A stretch of DNA of 64,000 bases from Lepidodermella squamata (lineage: Eukaryota > Animalia > Gastrotricha): assembly GCA_047495785.1 (NCBI GenBank), contig JBLDXI010000002.1, positions 1-64,000 on the forward strand, in the 5' to 3' direction. The notes under the pieces were generated by a model. That model was not told the DNA's origin. It did no database searches and saw nothing but the letters and a program-made list of their open reading frames with translations. Positions 13,371 through 25,112 of the stretch are shown piece after piece; within the stretch, counting starts at the first letter, position 1; every line of letters starts with the position of its first letter. Made by a program: the position numbers and the translations under genes.

Positions 13371-13862
13371 TAACTCCGATTTACGATTGTTTACGTCAGG
13401 TTGAAGGTGAGAAGGGACAAGTAAAAAAATATCTCGACTTTGCATTCATTTCGTCATTTCGGAAATCGACCGGCCGGGAAAGTGAGATTGGTCATCCAGA
13501 AAGTCGAGGTTGATTTAGACATTAACTTAAAATCGTCGAAAAAAATGACCAGAGTCGCAGAGAAGCCTATTTTTCAAGTTTTTTTTAGGCAAATTTCATA
13601 CTTCAAACTTCTAATTTTGAACCCTAGATAGGGATGAGTAAGCTGATGGGATATGCCACCACTGTAGATTGTCAAAATATTCGGTCAAATATATTTACTC
13701 GGGTTTATTTTGCAATTACAGCATTCAGAGGCGTAGCCAGGAATTTTTTTTGGGGGGTGTTCTGTTTTTTTGGTCACCGCATTCATACGCAAAAGTGGTG
13801 AGCAAAAAGTCAATTTAATCGAGAAAGCTCGCTTTTTTATTTTGACCAAGTGTAGCTAGAAG

Positions 13863-16800
13863 CTAGAGAACAAAATTCAGCCTGCGGGCCGATTGTCTGG
13901 CGAAAATGTTTATTATTTCCTCAATGTCGACGTCGATTTTGTAATGATAGGCCAGGAGTGCCAGCCCAGTTAGCCGATCTTCGACCATTGTTGACCTTAG
14001 CCATGTTTTGAGACGGCGCAGAAGCGAAAAAGTTCTTTCTGCAGAGCATGTTGTTACCGGCAGCGTACATAAGATCTGGAAAAGGACTGCCAGATTTGGG
14101 AACGTGTTGTCTGCTGCTAGGGACAGAATTTCCATGGCGGTTTTCGGTAAATCTCGCACGGCAATTTTCGAACAAAAGCCTTGCCAGCGGAGAAATTCAG
14201 CTTCGATGATTGAAATTAAGTCATCAGGCAGGTCGGATTTGTACGTTTCGACCAGTGGCCTCACGTGAATTTCGAAATCTGCATCATCGCAGAATTCTGG
14301 AAGAATATAATGGAAACCGGTGAGAAGTCCTTTGTGGGCAACAAATCGCTCTTTCATCTCCGAAATGACACTGTCGACGTACGGGAGATGCATGTTATCG
14401 TAAAAATAATTGCGAGTCGAAATTTCTTGATCAGCTCCGCGTGGTTTAGTGATATCAAACTCGAGCAAGGTCGCAAATTTTTGAGCTTTCAAGAAAACAT
14501 CGTCGAACCGTTGATCGTCGCGTAGCTTGGCTAGTGCATCTAAGACGTTTTCAACTTCCTCTAGGCAGCCAATTAGATCCATTTGCACAGATTGCAGTTT
14601 TCTCGCCAACTCAACAGTCACAGCTAGAACTTTTTCTCCAACAGCGATTCCCATGATGAAGTTGATGACTTGTTCCATCATGGCGAACATGTTTTGGAGG
14701 GATCGAATCAAGCTCTTTTTCATCAATGACAGATTCAAGCTGTGGTTCGCGCAGTGAACTCGCGGAGCTCTTGGGGCTTTTTCAGCAATGACGGCAGCGC
14801 ATCCTTTCTCCTTCCCTGCCATAGCCGCACATCCATCGTATCCTTGACCACGAAGGTTATCAAGATCAACATCGATTTCGCTCAACTTGGCCATAATTTT
14901 CGTAGCAATTGCTTCACCTGTTGTTCGTACCATTTCAGAGAATCCGACAAAGTCTTCGCACACTTCACGCGCATTCATGTCTACATACCGAAGGCAAAGA
15001 GACAATTGCTCTTTTCTGCTGATGTCAGCCGTTTCGTCCGCAATGACGGAGTAAAATCGATTAGCTTTAACTTTCAGAACAATTTTGGAAACGATGAAAG
15101 TAGCACACGCATCGATGATGGCATTTTGGAAATCTGGGCTCATTGCCGCATTGCCGCTGACAACATCCTCGTGAAGATCAATGCCATTGGTTTTCAAAAA
15201 TCGAAGCAATTCCCGAAACAGGCCCTCGTTTACAGTTGAATTATCCTTGAGAGGGCCGAAATCACGATGGCCTCTCAATGGGAGACCGTGCTTACCAAGA
15301 AAAACAACAACTCCCACTCTTGGTCGTAACATTTCACGGTTCTTTTCAATTTGCCGCAGTCTCGCTGTATTCAGATGGTCGATGATTTGAGGTTTTGTTT
15401 TCTCAATGTCGGAGGCTTTCAGATTAGTGTACTTCTGCGCATTTTCACCGTGATACTGTTTCGTAGCGTGATTTTTTATCTTCTCAATAGCTTTGTGCAG
15501 CTGAGTATTGTACGGCTGATCAACAAACGTGATTGCCTTGGATCTGTTACCGCCAGAAGTTGAGGAACAAGAAGTGCCAAAAAGTACGCAATACAAGCAA
15601 TACAGTCCACCGTGAAGATCGCTGTATGCAAGGAAGGGAAATTGCCGAAGCCAGGAGTGTTGCACGCTGAGGTTTCTTTCGCCGCTTGAAGGAAAGTGAA
15701 AGTTGGTCGGAGGAGTCCAGATGTTCTTTATCAATTCAAGTCGTGAATCTGGGGTCATGCGACCGACGTAATTACCGATGTCATATCGCCTGCCCTCGAA
15801 AGTCATGAGACGTAGCTAGGACGCCGCAGCTGGGCTTTTTACGAGAAAAAAGTGAAATGAGAGATAATGAGGTCGAAGGTCGCGTTTTGAAAATAATGAG
15901 ATGAATCATCTCATTATCTTTTGGCGCCAGATGTTGTGATGAAATTTCGAGAAAAAAAGAGTCGTTCATACGCCGTAAGTGCTACTTTGCAAGTGAAAAG
16001 ATGAAAAAAATGCCACGATTAAAAAGATGAAACCATGGATCAATTTTAGAAAATCATGATTTTTATTGCTTCGGTAAATATTTTCACTATCACAAGGGTA
16101 AAGCCGAGCAAATCGGACGAAAATCGTCAAAAATAAAACGGAAAATAATTAGTCTTTTTTTGAATTGCTTTAGACTTGAACGCAGTGATAAGGAGGATGC
16201 TCCAAATTTTTCGCGATAAAATCTCACGGTTCTTCGTGCCAAGATGTATTTGAGGCGGCACAAAGTCGGGAGAATGATCGATTTTTCTTTGATTTTGTTC
16301 AACTCGCCGCCCATACGATTTGCCAAATCATCCAGATTTTTGAAAGTAATCAAATCTTCACGGTACTTCGCTGAAAGAGCCACCTTAATGATGGCCACAA
16401 CGTCGCTGGTAATTTAGCAAAGTAAATTGACCAGTCGAAGGTTGACGATAGTAAATTCAATAGCAGGCTGTCATCCAATAACTGCAGACGAGAGTTTGCA
16501 AGGACAATTGCCACGACAATAACTGAGAGGAACCCTCTCATTCTTGAATCTTCTTCAGTTCCAACTTCAATAAATTTCCTTCTAAATTGAAAATAGGACC
16601 AGGTAAAATTGAAAAATCCGGCAGAAGCTCCCGCCTACAGAACATTTTCCATCAAAACATTTCAAGTAAATAAATTGATAAAAAATCTAAATAAATCGAA
16701 TTTTAACGTGACCAGGGCCAAGTTCAGGTCCATTCCAGCTCGCTCTATCAATTTAGATGGTGAAAAATGAAGCCCAGCAGAGGGACAAAGTGAACTGGAA

Positions 16801-17710
16801 CTTGTCAAGTAGGCCAACTTCGGTTCAAGAATGATTACCATCGATAAATCACTAGATTCTTTCCAGAAAGTCGTCGGTAAAAGTGCCAGTAACATCAGCT
16901 ACGGTAAGAATGGCAAAGGCCGGTGATTTTGACCAAAACTTGTATAAGAACCAGCCATGTAACACCCGGGTCGGAATTTACACCAGTCAGCCTTAAAAGA
17001 GGCTTTATTACGCTCGGATTTCGAGTAGAAAAAGACGAAAATTATTATACTTAAATGAGAACTAACACTTTTACTCAAGCTGTGTTCTCTCTTCAAGTTG
17101 CGCAACATACATAAAGTTTTCGCATTTTAATGAAAATTGAATCGTTTCCTAGATTTTAATCAGGAAATCCTGAAAACTGAATCCAGCCTAGACCTTTCCG
17201 TGGCTTATTCAGAAACTTCGAAATCTTCTCCGAGGCTGGAACCTGGATCCAGCTTGGTAACTATGGAACCGGAACATTTCTTCTCCTTTTTGAAATTGAC
17301 CCCGCTTTAATTTATAAAAATTTCAGGGAATATTCAATTTTCTTATCTTTTTAAACCCTGAAATTTTAATTTTTACAGTATAAGAATATTCTTGAATATT
17401 CATGCATGAGACCAGCATGACACCCCCGTTTGCATGGCGGGGTTCAAGCTGCGGCGTCCTACCTACGTCTCATGTCGAAAGTAGGATCCTCCTCTCTCGT
17501 CCTTTTGTTATCAGTCAAATTCAATCCGTCATCAAAATCGAGCATTGATAAACTGCTTTGGGCCCCAGATCGCTTGGAAGCTCTAAACGACAACGAGCTT
17601 TCAGGCCTAGTAGGAGATGACGTACTGCCGATCGGTGCAAAAACATCTTCATCACTCGACACATCTTCATACCTATATTGAAGCAGATTGCGCCTTGCTT
17701 CGCTATTCAT
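13863..17710 (-). pseudogene. hAT transposase of the PRKRIR/ZMYM1-like type, interrupted by a nested element and internally deleted
   Basis: Motifs GLYCLYC, LPLRGHRD, YSVIADETAD, GQGYDG, RVHCANHSLNL, CSAERTFSLLRRLKTWLRSTM. Removing 15804-17474 plus one TSD fuses ORF 17710 (..EEDPTF) in frame to EGRRYDIG. The segment bearing the usual TRW motif is missing. Confidence 0.9.
15804..17474. mobile_element. Nested non-autonomous hAT element (1671 bp) inside the transposase gene
   Basis: 28-bp TIR CATGAGACGTAG(C/G)TAGGACGCCGCAGCT with 1 mismatch. Perfect 8-bp TSD TCGAAAGT (15796-15803, 17475-17482). Confidence 0.95.
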
Positions 17711-17989
17711 TTTACAACCTCTAGGAATTCAAAAATTTGGAAATTTCGGAAAATTTGGAAAAATTGAAAAAATTGAAAAAATCTGAACACAGGGAAAATA
17801 AGCTGTAAGAGAGCTATTTCAGCGATACAACTATCAACTATCAGCTTGTTGTTTATTCTTGGGCAAACACAATATGAGCATCTGTGACAACAGATGTCAC
17901 CCGGTGACCACTTTCAGGATTTCTTTGGGGGGTGTTTAACACCCAACCCCCCCCCCCCCCCCCTCCCCCTGTCTACGCCTCTGACAGCA

Positions 17990-19487
17990 TTAGTTACAAC
18001 ATTCGTAGGATAAAATCAGCTATGTATTTCAGCCGTTGGTTTTGGATAAACCAAGCGGAGCGTTACCGTCATGCTTTCGATCTTCACGTCTCTGGTCCAA
18101 GATTGCGATGATACTTCATCCAGGTACATCGGAAGAAGGTAGTGAACACTTCTCAGCCTAAATGTAGTGGTGCATTGCAAGGGCGCTGTTGGATCGCGAT
18201 ATTCGGTTGAAATTTCTGGAGCCGCCTACGGCGAGGACGAACTCTATTTTAACATCAAGAGCTAGCAGAAAGCCTTGATCGTTACAGACTTCGCCGACAA
18301 CATAACCAAACCCTAATTTCGGCACGTATCCGATTTTATCAACACACGGCAGCTCGCCTCTGTTTACCGAGAAATCCTCATCGCTGAACTGGAATGTTGT
18401 GAAAGAGCCCATTTTTGGCAGGAAAAAATAGACCACATATTCGCCAGAGGTGGCCTTGATTTTCTTGTGGCGGTAATCTGTGATGAAAACATTCTTAGTG
18501 AAAGAGTCGTTCGATTTTGCGATCATTGCGTCGACAAGTCGGTTGCTTCTGACGTGTGGCCGTTCCATAGCTAGAAAACAGTCTCATGAGCCGATTTTTG
18601 TAGCATTTGTCATAAGAGGTGTTTCTTCGATGTCAAGCTTATCAATCGTCGCGAGAGAAACCATTCGATTAGAACCATTGTTTGCGATGTCCTTTGAAAG
18701 TGTATCCAGAAGGCGCTCGACGGATGCCCTTAGGTAGGATGCCAAACCATTTGCAATTTCGGCATGCATGAGACGCGATGGATGGAAGCTATCTTCGGGC
18801 GTCGTGTAAGTACCTTGAAAAATAGTAACATTTAAAATATTAGAACACCACCTTAAAACTGGCGTGAAAAACATAGCCGAAAACTTACGAAGCAGTGCAT
18901 CCATATGAGCGTTCCATGAAGCTGCTTTGTAGTAATGGCAAACGCGATGGTGCCATCGAATTGTCGTCAGGTTGTAATGCGTAGCAACCCGCTTGTGAAT
19001 CGCCTGATAGTTCCGGGAACAATTAGGGGGCTTCGCGAGTACCTTGTTAGCGTCAGGAAAGTTCATGAGAATAACTTCAATCTTCGGATTCTGTCGTCTA
19101 ATGACGCGAATCAGTTGTTCGAGGTTATGCCCATCATTGATGAAATAGTCATCTAACGGAAGCCTAAGAGCAACATTATCATTGACCATTTCATCGATGA
19201 GAAGAATGTCAATATCAGTAAGATTCACATGGCTTTTCACGCAACCCGTGAAGTAGTTCGACGTAACTCCACCAACTCCGGCACTGTAAGCTTCGACTTC
19301 AAGCCCGACTTGAGCTAGCCAGGAACTCATCCAACCTGCGATTAAGACGTGATAAACCTCGCTTTCGTTCAAACCATGACCTGCCGTGATCGACCCTCCG
19401 ATTGCAGCTATTCGTAAAGGTCGTCGCTTTTCGCCTTTTTGAAGTAGCAAGTTGACGAGTCGAAGGCTAAATCGGCCTGTGGATTCT
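17990..19487 (-). pseudogene. GGSI-type SGNH pseudogene (G3), 5-prime truncated
   Basis: Paralogous to G2/G7. In-frame TGA at 18584-18586, 2-nt deletion near 18200, lacks the N-terminal ~110 codons. Intron 18814-18888. Confidence 0.9.
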
Positions 19488-19829
19488 ACCCAGATGAAAA
19501 TTTACCGCGATAATCTCGGCCTAAAATTTGGCTCATCTTTCTGATACCCCCAAATAGGCGAAACACTTCGACCAAATATCGGCGAAAAACATTCTCGGCC
19601 AAAATTTCAGCTAAATCTTTTGCTGAAATCACCAAATTTCGGCCAAACAGATTGACGAGACTTTCGGCGAAACTGCTTTCCGGGTTAAAAATTAGACCAA
19701 AACCACTTGGTCATATCATCTTCGCTCTTCATTCAAATAAGACGACAATCTTGTAATATTCAACTGCCCGGCTCCATGTCACTGCGGTTCTTCATGTTAC
19801 TCAAGTCAGAACTCAGTTATTCGCATTTT

Positions 19830-20006
19830 ATTGTAGCAATTTTTATTCAAGGTTAAATTCCGATAATCATGGCAGAGTTAATTATCGGATGTATTAATCA
19901 ATAGATTAAAATTGTTCGAGATGCAAATTTTCGAAGCCGTCCCGAAGCCGATCAGAGTTGAATAGCCACAAGAGCCGAGAGCCATTCGCATTGGCAGCCA
20001 TTGGCA
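19830..20006 (+). pseudogene. Highly decayed, inverted SGNH exon-1 remnant
   Basis: ccgagagccattcgcatt(g)gcagccattggc reads PRAIRI/AAIG with a 1-nt insertion, resembling the family RPLRIAAIGG block. Confidence 0.35.
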
Positions 20007-20529
20007 CGGCATTGCCATCGAACCATCGACCTATAAATTCAAAAATATAATTAGATTAATAATTTATTAAAATTCCGAAAATTGAAATTTAATAATAATT
20101 TCAATTTTTTCCTGAACCGCAATTTCTTGAAAACAGCCGCAGCTTCGCGGATGCGAGATTTCGATCTCGATTTGAAAAAATTGAAATTAACAAAATTAAA
20201 AATTGAGCTCTTCAAGTAATTATTTGAATTTTCGATAATTCTTCCTACAGAGAACACATTTTTCGGGAGTTTTCTATAGTTTTTCTTGAAATTTAAAGAT
20301 CTTCTTAAATTTTTCTTGCAATTTAGAAAAAATTTTAAATTTAAATATCAAAAATTTGTATTTTCAAAATTTGAATTTGATATTTTTTCAATTTCTAGAA
20401 ATACTATTTCTGAAAATGTGTTGTTCTGAAAATTATCTAGAGAATAAAAACCGCTTCAAACTAATGTGTTTTCAGGCCAACTGGGAAATTATTCCAACGG
20501 CTCTATCACATATGCTATCACATGCAGAG

Positions 20530-20870
20530 GCAATGAGGGGCAATGGTCTAATTATTGCATCGCTAGGCCGAGGATGATGCCTTTCTGTGAAAGGTTTAAT
20601 TCCGACTTGGATATATATGCCGAAGCGAGTCGAACGGCTGCTGAGAAACTCGGCGCGACTTTCATTGATTTTCATGGAGCTGCAACTAAGGCTGGAGCTC
20701 GTCGAAGCTTGGACCAACCTATTTCTGAACATGAACCGACTCGATTCTTTGTCGATGGTTTGCATCTGAATGCTGAATCTTCAAAGCTGTTGTTCAAAGT
20801 TCTGTGGCATAAAATCAGAAAATTCACGACTTCGTGCACTGATATTTCACCTTTTTGGGCTTCTGCTTAA
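20530..20870 (+). pseudogene. 3-prime fragment of an IAH1-like GDSL esterase
   Basis: NEGQWSNYC..PFCER..DFHGAA..FFVDGLHL..ISPFW. No GDS block or TM exon found upstream. Confidence 0.75.
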
Positions 20871-20967
20871 GAAATCTGTATGAGGAGTTTATTGAAAATA
20901 AAAATGAATGTTTTTGAGGCTGGGAGTTTATTTTCCAGAGCTAGAACGAAGGAGCACCGTTTCAAAT

Positions 20968-22672
20968 TCACTCGCAGTGATAACCAATTATAATAGCGTG
21001 AAAAATGAAGGATGTCGCTTGATTAGCTGTCGTAATCGCCACAGCAAGTGACAAAAGCTCCAATCCATCTTCGTAACAACCAGGTAGAATCGGCTCAAAG
21101 TAATGCACGCTGTTGTAGTTGAATTCCTGGCTGCAATCTAGCTGAACCCCGATGTAGCTCAACGAAGTTTTTTTGACTAAACCAGGACTACGGCCGAGGT
21201 AGAACTCGACTTCAGCCTCAAGATTGATCATAAAGCCGTGGCTGCAATTTTTACCGATTTTGTAAGCCAAGCCAAGCCTCGGGGCCAGGCAAGTATTAAA
21301 AACAGATCCTGTAAGATCGGACTCGTTAAATTTGAAAGTCAGCGATGCAGATCGATCAGGCAGGAAGAAATACTGGACGTATTCTCCAGATTGAACGTTA
21401 TACTTCGCATGACCATAATTTGCAATGTAATGTTTCAGTTTCAGCGTGAGATCGCCGGATTGGCGAACCAAAGCATTCATCAGCCGACTGTTGTTCACAA
21501 ATTTACGATCGGTGGTCAGAAAACAATCGGCACTTGTAAGCCAAGTTCGCTTGAACATTGGGACCATCTCTTTTGCTGAATGTTCAGATTTTCCGATCAG
21601 CCCATATTCCAAGAAATTCTGAGCTGATTTCCGGAAGTAATTCGCTAGGAATGCTGCCATCTCGTAATGCATTAGGGCTGACGGGTGGTAGTTATCTTCG
21701 GACGATATGTAGCGACCTGTAAATCAAAGCCGAAAATCAATCAAATCAACCAAAATTCACTCACCCCACATTTTCTCCTGCAGGTCCATCCTATTGTAAG
21801 CTGTGAGGTGATCACAGATCAGATGCTTCCATTGAACCACGGAAATGTCGTAATACTTCGCAACCGCAATGAAATTCGTATCTTGATAGGTAACGCAGTT
21901 AGGAACTGGTGCAAGCCACAGCATATGCGTATCAGGGAAGTTGATGCTTATGATGTGGATTCTTGGATTTAACCGGCGAATAACTCTTATGAGTTCCTCG
22001 AATGGGCTAACGTCTTCGCTGCTGTAGCCTTCGAGGTTACGGTCGATTGATTTGTGGTCATTGATTGAAACTTCAAGGAATGCTACGTCGTAGTTGGTTA
22101 GGTTCAATAATTCTTGAACGCAGGCTGAGAAATAGTTGCTTGAAACTGCACTCGTGGCAGCGTTGTCCAAAATAATGTTGATTCCAAGCTCCGCCAGCCA
22201 GATCTCCAGCCAGTCAAACAATGAGTTGAGATAAAGGTCTGTTGCCTGTGAACAACCTGATTTATCCCGGTTCTCAAGCTAAAGCTCAACTTACATTTAT
22301 CCCGTGAGCAGAAGATATGGATCCTCCGATAACTGCGATTCGCAATGTAGTTTTATTGCCGGAGATTAATTGCCGAAATACGTCATGTAGAGATCTCGGG
22401 TCGCCAAAATTGAGGATCGATTCGTCATCACTTACGTTGAAGAGATTTCGTAACAAAAATGAATCTTCTCGCAAATCCGGTAGAGGAAAGCTGGCTAGTC
22501 TCTGCAGTGTGTCATTCAATCCTACATTTGCAGCTCGGTAGGAGGGATTAGGCGGGAAGATGAGTTTAACTTCGATCGATTTAGCCAATTCATACGAGGT
22601 TGAGTAGATCAGAAGCAGCACAAGTAAAACTGAGGCGGTAAATATCCAGAATATTCCTCTGTTCGTTTTCAT
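20968..22672 (-). CDS. GGSI-type SGNH protein (G4; exons 22672-22295, 22245-21765, 21716-20968)
   Basis: TM anchor GIFWIFTASVLLVLLLIY. Blocks GGSISSAHG, EVSIND, YISSEDNYHPS; ends GYHCE. Near-identical to G9. Confidence 0.9.
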
Positions 22673-22876
22673 CAATTCAGCGAAATGAAAGGGGGTTTCT
22701 GAAAGCTTGAACCCATTCAAAAACTTGAAAGGAGCTGTACATAAAGCTTATTGTAAAATACCTGTTCTGAAAGACATAGTTCGTTTTTGACCAAAATACT
22801 TCATTCAGGTTTCATTCATTATCCTAATAAATGAGGTTGAACTTCAACAAATCAATTTATTGTTTATTCAATGAAA

Positions 22877-23293
22877 CTAGCAGCAGTGGTAGCCTAATAC
22901 AACAGCATGAAAGATGAGCTGCGTCTCGGCATTAGCAGTTTGCAGTCGAACTTTCATCGTCTCTATTCGCACTTTGTTGTCCCAGCAGCCCTCTTCGATC
23001 GACAATGGCTCAAAGTAATGCATGCTGTGGTAGTTGAAGCCCTCACAGTCCAGCTTAACGTTTGAATACGATTTCTGCAGCTCATTTCCATTCGATAGCT
23101 TCAAATCCAGGCTTGCAGTCACGGAAAAGGGTTTGGTTTCAGAGCAATTTGTACCAATTTTATAGGCTATTCCTAATCGAGGTAGATACTTGGAGCATGG
23201 CTGGACGAAATCGTTGCGATTGAACTGAAATTGAACCCAAGATTCAGTGTTTGGCAGACGTAAATATTGAATATACTCCCCATAGTTTACTTT
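22877..23293 (-). pseudogene. 3-prime fragment of an SGNH gene (G5), copy of the G10 C-terminus
   Basis: Nearly identical to 44223-44640. Homology stops at ~23293, where a MITE begins. Confidence 0.88.
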
Positions 23294-23487
23294 CGGTAGG
23301 ACGTCAAAACAGCGAATGCGCAGAACAGCGAAAGCGACATAACAGCGAAAGCGACGAAACAGCGAAAAATCCTCCCCAAAATGCTGTGTAATGTGCTATA
23401 TTAAAATCGCTGTTATGTCGCAAATTAGATTTTTCGCTGTTTTGTCGCGTTCGCTGTTTCGGGTATTCGCTGTTATGGCGGTCTGCC
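23294..23487. mobile_element. MITE with internal AACAGCGAA repeats at a duplication breakpoint
   Basis: Four to five aacagcgaa units in the left arm and tcgctgtt units in the right arm. Ends ggtaggacg / gcggtctgcc. Confidence 0.65.
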
Positions 23488-24007
23488 TATAATTATGCCT
23501 TTTATATATGAGCAAACTCAGCGCCCATATTGGTCAGGATGGTCGATTTCGGCATGCACATGGCGCGAGAACCAGCAAGCAAGCGAGGAATGAATAATGT
23601 TTCGCTTTCACAATTCAATTATACCTAAGCAGTTCTTACAGACATTTTATCATCAAGTATTGCGTTTTTTCGGTAGCCCAGCCCATTTCTTAAAGTTGTT
23701 CATAATAATGTGGCTCAGCGACTGCGGAACAACGATAAATTCGGACTATTTCGAAATAAATGCGCAAGGGACAATAATTTTATGAAAATTTAATGCGCAA
23801 GTGAGGTATACCCTGAATAATACAGAGGAGGTGATCGGAATTTTAGCGTTTTTATTCTGTCGTATTAACAGTATTATCAAAGCGAAATCGATTATTTTCG
23901 AAATCAACCAACGCCAATTATCAGCGGTAGGAGGTAAGAGTTGTGAATCCTCAGTTTGCACTCGCGAATTTCTGTAGGGTAATTTTGAAATCGCGACAAT
24001 TGTTGGC

Positions 24008-25112
24008 ATGCTGCTGATCGTAGTCATTGCCTCCAGTTGCCTATTTCCTGGGGCCAAAGCATACGTGCCACTTGAAGAGGAACTTCGAGCTGAACTTTCT
24101 TCTCAATGCAAAATCTACGCCCGCGATTCGAGACCAGTTCTCGATGTCAATGATCCAGTCAAATTAAAGATGGGATTTCTACCATACAGTTTCAGAGCCA
24201 TTGATGAAAAATCTCAAACTTTTTCAATGCTGATAGAGCTCGACATTGTGTGGATGCATCCTTGCGCGGCGTGGTTAGAATGGAATAACACGCGCTTCCA
24301 AAACATTACAAGCATAAGGGAACAAGTAAGGGTTACTGATGTTGAAATTAAAACTATAAATTAAGTAAAGGTCAATACATATAAAATTCGATTAATATAA
24401 AGAAAGTACTACACTAATAAAGGAATAAGTACGTAGCAAGAACATTTTCTATTATTAGTGTAGTACTTTCTTTATATTAATCGAATTTTATATGTATTGA
24501 CCCTAATCTAAATTTCAGGCAAATTCATTATGGCTTCCATCTATTCACCACCTGAATGCTGCTGAAGATATTGATGCTTTAACAAATTCAGCCGTGAGCA
24601 ATTTTGTTTTCCTTGTCCAATCAGGATTGTTTTCGTGGAATGCGATAATCGGCATATCATCTCTTTGCCAACTGCGCCTTCGAAAATTTCCATTCGACAC
24701 CCAGATTTGCGATCTCAAATTCGAATCTTGGGAAAACTCTGGTAAAGTCAGCATCGAACTGGACGATCCAGCGATTCTTCTTGAAGAGAAAGATTTCAAA
24801 GCTTTTATCAGTCAAAGTGATATTTGGCAGCTTGAGAACATCACAGCTAAACTCGAGAATACTAAATATGTTGGTTACCCCAATATGAAATACGACCGAG
24901 CAGTGTATACATTCACGATTTCTCGGAAAAGCGGCACCTACGTCCTTCTGATCGTGTTCCCTTCAATTTGCCTATCACTGTTGCTGATTTTTTCAGACTC
25001 GTTGATCTGGTATTTTTCACTATTTTCGCTGCCATGGAAGTTACAGTGTCCCTTGCCACCTTTTTGCACTCCTGCTATGAAGATTCACGTTCAGGTGTTG
25101 GTAACAAAATGA
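24008..25112 (+). pseudogene. Cys-loop channel paralog with M2-M3 deleted (LGIC2; exons 24008-24325, 24519-)
   Basis: Near-identical to LGIC3 up to LLLIFS, then jumps to the M4-coding region. The 271-bp deletion (equivalent to 34289-34559) shifts the frame. Confidence 0.88.
24369..24503. mobile_element. Tourist/PIF-Harbinger-like hairpin MITE in the LGIC2 intron
   Basis: Perfect 51-bp inverted arms (24370-24420 / 24452-24502), flanked by TAA on both sides. Confidence 0.85.

Larger units (their letters stand above)
13726..17983 (-). mobile_element. hAT DNA transposon (4258 bp including nested element)
   Basis: TIR CAGAGGCGTAG(C/A)CAGG. Perfect 8-bp TSD ACAGCATT (13718-13725, 17984-17991). 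Encodes a hAT transposase. Confidence 0.96.

Noticed and set aside
13863-15806. Intact autonomous or domesticated (THAP12/PRKRIR) gene
   Set aside because: It lies within TIRs and TSDs, its N-terminus is cut off by a nested element, and the TRW segment is deleted.
17459-17710. Independent small gene or captured cargo
   Set aside because: It is the displaced N-terminus of the hAT transposase.
23305-23480. AACAGCGAA repeats as a CRISPR-like array
   Set aside because: Units are ~9 bp, arranged as inverted arms, with no unique spacers and no cas genes in a eukaryotic context.
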